Part shown: positions 44,940 to 50,542 of the stretch, one piece after another
How positions within the stretch are numbered: position 1 is the stretch's first letter
How the letters are laid out: each line of letters opens with the position of its first letter
Sequence record: DRR723986_6288
Length of the DNA stretch: 50,542 bases
Direction: 5' to 3' (one strand)
Notes under the pieces: model-generated
What the model was told of the DNA's origin: nothing
The model's database searches: none
What the model saw: the letters and a program-made list of their open reading frames with translations, nothing else
Made by a program: the position numbers and the translations under genes

Positions 44940-45401
44940 CTAGTTCGTGTTTAAAAGCAGTCGTAATTGCTCCACACGTTTGCGGTTGGCATCCAGATCA
45001 CTGTAACCAACCCGGGATGCAGACCGAACATGAAGCAAACCACTGCCCTGATCGACACGAAATTCCACATCGTCGACAAAGCCGAAAAGGTCACTGGTGA
45101 AAGTACTGGCCATGTATTGATCGTTGGAGAAGTTGACATCACCACCCAACAGTTCAATGGCCTCTTTCACTTTCAGCAAAGGTTCCTCTCCCATGCTGGG
45201 TGTAATCGGTAGAGCGGCAATTGAGTGATCGTCGGAGGGTGAACTTTCGCTACTCACGCAGTTCGGTTTGTTTGGGCACGGTGCCAATTGACCATTGGCC
45301 AGTCCCGGGGGGGCACCGGTTTCGGAGTACAGGCCCAAGCCAAAGAAGACAACGATTACCAATGTGATCAAGACGATCAAGCTGAGCAATGCTCTTTTCA
45401 C
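44940..45401 (-). CDS. DUF1499-family protein
   Basis: GTG start, N-terminal TM; LAPCPNKPNCVSS, FGFVDDVEF, RSASRVGYSDLDANRKR. Confidence 0.85.
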   Translation of the reverse strand: MKRALLSLIVLITLVIVVFFGLGLYSETGAPPGLANGQLAPCPNKPNCVSSESSPSDDHSIAALPITPSMGEEPLLKVKEAIELLGGDVNFSNDQYMASTFTSDLFGFVDDVEFRVDQGSGLLHVRSASRVGYSDLDANRKRVEQLRLLLNTN

Positions 45402-45467
45402 CTGTAAGCCCCTTCTGTCATATACTGAATGTTGAATTTTCTCCAGTGTAGCGGTCAGTGAGATCAG

Positions 45468-45737
45468 ATGTCCAAATCTTTGAAGTTTAAGTTGTCCGAA
45501 GAGGATGTTTCCCGCATTGTCGAGATGGCGTGGGAAGACAGGACCCCATTTGAAGCCATAGAACTCCAGTTTGGTTTGAACGAGTCTCAGACCATTGAAC
45601 TGATGCGCACCAGCATGAAAGCCAGCAGTTTCAAGATGTGGCGCGAACGTGTTACGGGCCGCAAAACGAAACACCTGAAGTTGCGTGGCTTTGTTCGCAC
45701 CAAGGCGTATGCGCCCGGCCATTACAAAATCCGCTGA
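45468..45737 (+). CDS. TIGR03643/DUF2805-family protein
   Basis: SRIVEMAWEDRTPFEAI..FGL.E..SSFKMWRERVTGRKTKH. Confidence 0.85.
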   Translation: MSKSLKFKLSEEDVSRIVEMAWEDRTPFEAIELQFGLNESQTIELMRTSMKASSFKMWRERVTGRKTKHLKLRGFVRTKAYAPGHYKIR

Positions 45738-45789
45738 TGATATTTGTTCAGTGAGTGATTCAGCCGCTGTTCCAAAAGGGAGGTCTGGA

Positions 45790-46818
45790 ATGCTAAAAGA
45801 GCAGCAAAACTCCCCATTGGCCACGCGCAGTGGACAGGAATGGATGCTCTGGTTCGGGCGGGCTTCGCAGCATCTACCCGATCTTCATCGGGCATTTCAG
45901 TTTTTGGAAAGCAGTTGTGAGCTTCTCGATTCCAAAGATGATGCCGACCAGAAGGTCAGGCCGCGCAAACTCAAACAATTGATCAACCGATTTATCGGAC
46001 AGGCGCGTTGCCCCTCGGCGTCATCGTGTGAGCGAATCGCGATTCGCACGCAAGTTCTCGATGGCTGGTTGCAGTCAGAGTTACAGCGCCAGCAAGATCC
46101 AAATTTGTTGGTTGAGCTGGGCGCACATGGGCTTCAAAAGTTACTGGCCATTTGTGAAGGGGCTGATGACAAACATGGTCTGTTGCTCAAGGCGGTGCGA
46201 GAGTTCACACGCGATTGGTTGAACATTGTTTCGGCCCGGATTGAGAATCCGATTGAGCGAGCCCACCTGGTCTATCCGGTGGCCATGTTGGATCAGGCTG
46301 GTCTGGTAGACCCTTCCTGGTGGTGGAAGCAAATCGCCCTGTGTGATCGTCACACCGTGTTAGGCCTGATTGAGCTCGAGATCAATGAGATGAATGAAAT
46401 GCAGCCCACCAGCAATGTAAGTTGGCGCTCTTTCGACAAGCGGTGGAGAAGGTTGCGCGTTCGTGCGCTTTTAGATCATCTGGGTGAAAAGCGTTTGCTG
46501 GCTGAGTTGCTTCGGAAATCTGCAGTGGATGACTTTGAGGCCGTGTTGGCTGTTCGTATGTTGCGTGAGGCGGGTCGTTCACGCGATGCAATTGTGCAAG
46601 CCGAGCAATGGTTGCGTGCCTTGCCCAGAAGCCCGGTGTTGGCTGAAGCCTTGTTCGACTTGTATCGCGAAGACGGTTGGGATGAAGAAGCCTTGGCTCT
46701 GGCGGTGACCCATTACGGTTACGACCCCAACCCCGTGTGGATCGAGCGATTGGACCGCCTGGCGTTGCCTGCTGCTTCACAGCAGGCCAGGGTGTGGAGA
46801 AAGCAGCAAAACACCTAG
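45790..46818 (+). CDS. Hypothetical alpha-helical (TPR-like C-terminus) protein
   Basis: Long ORF; ATG 45790 after GGGAGG; Leu/Ala/Trp-rich helical pattern; no family recognised. Confidence 0.65.
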   Translation: MLKEQQNSPLATRSGQEWMLWFGRASQHLPDLHRAFQFLESSCELLDSKDDADQKVRPRKLKQLINRFIGQARCPSASSCERIAIRTQVLDGWLQSELQRQQDPNLLVELGAHGLQKLLAICEGADDKHGLLLKAVREFTRDWLNIVSARIENPIERAHLVYPVAMLDQAGLVDPSWWWKQIALCDRHTVLGLIELEINEMNEMQPTSNVSWRSFDKRWRRLRVRALLDHLGEKRLLAELLRKSAVDDFEAVLAVRMLREAGRSRDAIVQAEQWLRALPRSPVLAEALFDLYREDGWDEEALALAVTHYGYDPNPVWIERLDRLALPAASQQARVWRKQQNT

Positions 46819-46823
46819 GCTTG

Positions 46824-47429
46824 TTACAACAGGTCCATTTGTCCCTTTCGGGTTTTGTATCGAAAAGATTCAAGCACTGTTTTGCCCTGTGGGTTGGCGA
46901 AATGCTTTAACTCGATTCCCGCCTTCAAATGCCCTGCTTGGATCACACGCAAGTACCAGCCGCAGTTGCCTTGCTGGATCATTTGTTTCGGGGCCGCGCC
47001 GTAACCCATCCGAATGGCAAATTTGTGGCATGGCTCGCGAGGGTCGGTTACACGAAGTCTTACCTCGCCCAATTCAAATTCATCCCCGATCCGAACCTGG
47101 TTTTCATCCAGGCCTTTCACCACCAGGTTTTCGCCCAAAAACCCCCAAGGCAGATCCGTGTCCAGATTCTTTTCCTGGCGACGAGCTTTCCAGAATTCAT
47201 AATGCTCAGCCGGCATCATGTACACCGCCTTGTCCAGCCCGCCATGCACCGATAAATTGCATTGTTCGTCGCCTTCCAGTCCCAGCTTTTTGATTTCAAT
47301 GGACATCGGGTTTTGTTCGGTGCTGACAGCCTGTTTTTTGATTCCGCTTGCTTCGGTTTTGATGTCACCTGACGCCGTTCGATAAACCAGTGGGGCAACC
47401 AGTCCGGTACAAATTGCAATCAGCTTCAT
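46824..47429 (-). CDS. MOSC-domain protein (YiiM-like)
   Basis: GLEGDEQ..HGG.DKAV, GENL, IGD, PREPCHKF, GWYLRV..G. Confidence 0.9.
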   Translation of the reverse strand: MKLIAICTGLVAPLVYRTASGDIKTEASGIKKQAVSTEQNPMSIEIKKLGLEGDEQCNLSVHGGLDKAVYMMPAEHYEFWKARRQEKNLDTDLPWGFLGENLVVKGLDENQVRIGDEFELGEVRLRVTDPREPCHKFAIRMGYGAAPKQMIQQGNCGWYLRVIQAGHLKAGIELKHFANPQGKTVLESFRYKTRKGQMDLL

Positions 47430-47687
47430 AGGGCTTCCATCGTCGTGCAGTTTCGCCACTTTACATGGCCTGTGTCGGAAAGCAAACACCGTATGCGATT
47501 AGGTGATAATGCCTATAGGAAAAACTTATTTCCGTTTGCTTACAACATGTTAAACTCGAGGGCTAAGTTTGCGGATAAGCGACAAATCGATCGCCCGTGT
47601 GCTTGGTGTCATGTTCCGGTCACACTGTAGAGCAACGCCAAAGCCCCCGCACAAAAGAATTACATTTGTCTATCTGGAGGTTTTAGC

Positions 47688-49529
47688 ATGAGTGCAGTGC
47701 TGTCTATGGTCAGCCAGACCGTGCCATCGTATGTCAAGCACAAGAAGCTTGTGGCTTGGGTGCAAGAAATTGCTGCCCTGACCGAGCCCAAGAACATTGT
47801 GTGGTGCGACGGTTCACAAGAAGAGTACGATCGCCTTTGCGCAGAAATGGTTGAAGCAGGTACGCTTCGCAAACTCAACCCTGAGAAGCGCCCCAATTCT
47901 TACCTGGCTTGGTCTGATCCCTCAGACGTTGCCCGAGTGGAAGATCGAACCTACATCTGTTCTGAAAAGAAAGAAGATGCCGGCCCCACCAACAACTGGG
48001 AAGACCCCGCCAAAATGCGCGCCACATTGAACGGTTTGTTCAAAGGTTCCATGCGCGGTCGCACCTTGTATGTGGTGCCGTTTTCCATGGGCCCACTGGG
48101 TAGCCCCATTGCCCACATCGGCGTTGAGTTGTCTGATTCCGCCTACGTGGTTGTGAACATGCGCATGATGACGCGCATGGGCAAAGCCGTTTACGACGTG
48201 TTGGGCGAAAACGGCGAGTTTGTACCTTGCGTGCACACTGTGGGCGCACCTTTGGAAGCAGGCCAGAAGGATGTTGCATGGCCTTGCAACCCAACCACCA
48301 AGTACATTGTTCACTACCCTGAAACCCGTGAAATCTGGTCTTATGGTTCCGGGTATGGTGGTAACGCCTTGTTGGGCAAAAAATGTCTGGCTTTGCGCAT
48401 TGCGTCTACCATGGGTCGTGACCAAGGCTGGCTGGCTGAGCACATGCTAATTCTGGGTGTTACAAATCCTCAAGGGAAGAAGTACCATGTGGCGGCCGCG
48501 TTCCCATCGGCATGCGGCAAAACCAACTTCGCCATGTTGATTCCACCTGCCTCAATGAAGGGCTGGAAGGTAACCACCATTGGTGATGACATTGCCTGGA
48601 TCAAACCTGATGCCAATGGCAAATTGCGCGCGATCAATCCCGAGGCAGGTTATTTTGGCGTCGCCCCCGGCACCAATACAAAGACCAACTCCAATTGCAT
48701 GGCCTCTTTGAATGCCAATGTGATTTTCACCAACGTGGCCCTGACAGACGATGGCGATGTGTGGTGGGAAGGCCTGTCGAAAGAAGCGCCTGCGCACTTG
48801 GTTGACTGGACTGGTCAGGACTGGACCCCGGATTGTGGTCGCAAGGCCTCTCACCCCAACGCCCGCTTTACCGTGGCTGCAGAGCAGAACCCCGTGATCG
48901 ACAACAACTGGGACAATCCAGCTGGTGTTGAAATTGACGCCTTCATTTTCGGTGGGCGCCGTTCAACCACTGTGCCGCTGGTTACTGAAGCTCGCAATTG
49001 GGTGGAAGGCGTATACATGGCAGCCACTATGGGCTCGGAAACCACTGCTGCGGCTTTTGGCCAGCAAGGTGTAGTTCGCCGTGATCCGTTTGCCATGTTG
49101 CCATTCTGCGGTTACAACATGTCTGATTACTTCCAGCACTGGCTGGATTTGGGCAAGAAGCTGGAATCTTCCGGCGCGAAATTGCCCAGTATTTTCTGCG
49201 TAAACTGGTTCCGTACCGATGCCGAAGGTAAATTCATTTGGCCTGGTTTTGGCGAAAACATGCGGGTTTTGGCATGGGCCTTGGAGCGAGTAGAGGGCAA
49301 GGGCAAGGGTGTTGACCATGTATTTGGCACCTCACCGAGCTACGACGATATTTCCTGGGATGGTCTGGAGTTCAGCAAAGAGCAGTTCGATTCCATCACC
49401 GCGATTGACAAAGCAGCCTGGCTTGAAGAGTTGAACCTGCATGCTGAGTTGTTTGAAAAACTGAAACACAACCTGCCAGCACAGCTGGAAGAAACCAAAG
49501 CGCAAATCGCCAGCCGTTTGGCGGCCTGA
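47688..49529 (+). CDS. pckG: Phosphoenolpyruvate carboxykinase (GTP)
   Basis: [55 protein letters not shown]. Confidence 0.97.
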   Translation: MSAVLSMVSQTVPSYVKHKKLVAWVQEIAALTEPKNIVWCDGSQEEYDRLCAEMVEAGTLRKLNPEKRPNSYLAWSDPSDVARVEDRTYICSEKKEDAGPTNNWEDPAKMRATLNGLFKGSMRGRTLYVVPFSMGPLGSPIAHIGVELSDSAYVVVNMRMMTRMGKAVYDVLGENGEFVPCVHTVGAPLEAGQKDVAWPCNPTTKYIVHYPETREIWSYGSGYGGNALLGKKCLALRIASTMGRDQGWLAEHMLILGVTNPQGKKYHVAAAFPSACGKTNFAMLIPPASMKGWKVTTIGDDIAWIKPDANGKLRAINPEAGYFGVAPGTNTKTNSNCMASLNANVIFTNVALTDDGDVWWEGLSKEAPAHLVDWTGQDWTPDCGRKASHPNARFTVAAEQNPVIDNNWDNPAGVEIDAFIFGGRRSTTVPLVTEARNWVEGVYMAATMGSETTAAAFGQQGVVRRDPFAMLPFCGYNMSDYFQHWLDLGKKLESSGAKLPSIFCVNWFRTDAEGKFIWPGFGENMRVLAWALERVEGKGKGVDHVFGTSPSYDDISWDGLEFSKEQFDSITAIDKAAWLEELNLHAELFEKLKHNLPAQLEETKAQIASRLAA

Positions 49530-49579
49530 TTTGGCTTGAACGTTTTGACTTTATTCTGATACTCCGGAATTAGTCCTAT

Positions 49580-49611
49580 GGCGGGCGCCCACAAGGCGCC
49601 CGTTTTCTTTT
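49580..49611 (+). terminator. Rho-independent terminator after pckG
   Basis: GCGGGCGCC-cacaa-GGCGCCCGT followed by TTTCTTTT. Confidence 0.8.
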
Positions 49612-49626
49612 CAGCGGAATTTTTTC

Positions 49627-50427
49627 ATGTTTGAAAACATTGAGTTGTGGGTGTTGCTGGCTTTGTGTGCGGCGGCTTTTGGTGCGGGTCTGATCGATGC
49701 CATGGTCGGGGGTGGAGGATTAATCCAGATTCCGGCCTTATTCGGCTTGATGCCTTCCCACGGGCATGCCACCTTGCTGGGCACCAACAAAATATCCAGT
49801 GTGGTCGGTACGAGCTTTGCCGCTTATAAATATGCCAAGGCCATTCAGGTTCCCTGGAACGCAGTGCTTCCTGCGACCGTCATGGCATTGCTGGGTGCTT
49901 ATTGTGGTGCGTACATCGTCACGCAAATTTCGACAGAGGTGCTGCGTTTGATGTTGCCCTTGCTGTTGATTGCGGTGGCGGTTTACACCTTTTTGCGCAA
50001 GGACCTGGGTAGTGTGCATGCGCCCAAGTTAGACAAAAACCGTGAACGTTTCTTCGGAGCTTGCGTCGGGTTGGCGATTGGTTTTTATGATGGGTTTTTC
50101 GGTCCGGGCACCGGTTCGTTCTTGATGGTCGCTTTCGTGGTGTTTTTCGGCTTTGATTTTTTGGCTGCTACTGCGGGTGCAAAAATGGTGAACATCGCCT
50201 GCAACTTGGCGTCGCTTGCCTGGTTTGCACCAGCAGGGCATGTGATTGTCGCTTTGGGTTTGCTGATGGCGGTCTTTAATTTGGCCGGTGCGAGGGTGGG
50301 TGCGAGTTTGGCCATTCGCAAGGGTGCCGGGTTTGTGCGCAAGGCGTTGTTGGCGGTTGTGTTTTTATTAATACTGCGGACCAGTTATGACAGTTATTGG
50401 CCATACTTGAAAGCGTGGCTTGCGTGA
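49627..50427 (+). CDS. TSUP (TauE/SafE) family membrane transporter
   Basis: AGLIDAMVGGGGLI, LGTNK, GFYDGFFGPGTGSF. Confidence 0.92.
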   Translation: MFENIELWVLLALCAAAFGAGLIDAMVGGGGLIQIPALFGLMPSHGHATLLGTNKISSVVGTSFAAYKYAKAIQVPWNAVLPATVMALLGAYCGAYIVTQISTEVLRLMLPLLLIAVAVYTFLRKDLGSVHAPKLDKNRERFFGACVGLAIGFYDGFFGPGTGSFLMVAFVVFFGFDFLAATAGAKMVNIACNLASLAWFAPAGHVIVALGLLMAVFNLAGARVGASLAIRKGAGFVRKALLAVVFLLILRTSYDSYWPYLKAWLA

Positions 50428-50428
50428 T

Positions 50429-50444
50429 TGTTCCACGTGGAACA
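50429..50444. promoter_or_regulatory. parS centromere site
   Basis: Perfect 16-bp palindrome TGTTCCACGTGGAACA matching the chromosomal parS consensus, about 20 kb from oriC. Confidence 0.88.
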
Positions 50445-50542
50445 TGATGGGTTTGGTCGGCTTTTTTTGGCGTGGGTGAGGCTCCGGTGCTGGCCACCTT
50501 GCCTAAGCAAGTCTTCTGATCCGGCTTGATGCTTCTGGCTTG

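Noticed and set aside
45402-45824. 294-aa version of the DUF1499 ORF
   Set aside because: The extension is the antisense shadow of the TIGR03643 gene. The TM anchor starts at GTG 45401.
50445-50542. Possible ncRNA or gene end at the right edge
   Set aside because: Too little sequence is available, and no recognisable family or convincing ORF is present.

Overview
A 50.5-kb window spanning the chromosomal replication origin of a betaproteobacterium (Burkholderiales; a Limnobacter-like identity is inferred, not proven). The core is gyrB-dnaN-dnaA <-> rpmH-rnpA-yidD-yidC-mnmE, with a DnaA-box cluster between dnaA and dnaN and a perfect parS palindrome at 50429. The left arm encodes a CHASE histidine kinase (truncated by the window edge), an MBL hydrolase, a P460-family cytochrome and a stand-alone Cache protein plus MCP. 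It continues with Tat-lipoprotein phosphatases PhoX and PhoD, an acyltransferase, a His-rich leader ORF plus TonB-dependent receptor, PCuAC, a NarL-type regulator, a patatin, a two-subunit NAD-linked formate dehydrogenase, a large orphan membrane protein, cfa, a MarR/hotdog operon and an MFS pump. The right arm has a ~9.4-kb signalling cluster after mnmE, then housekeeping genes (MOSC, PEPCK, TSUP). Best candidate novel system: a secreted His-rich uORF ending in RDPP whose stop region base-pairs with the Shine-Dalgarno of the downstream TonB receptor, suggesting a CruR/CutF-like ribosome-arrest metal sensor that lacks CxxC. Second candidate: a signalling network of three paralogous NarL-type regulators, free periplasmic Cache proteins and an output-less GAF-PAS protein, linked by a shared 16-bp palindromic upstream motif. 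All family calls come from motif recognition by eye; no database searches were run. No CRISPR, IS, integrase, rRNA or tRNA was recognised.
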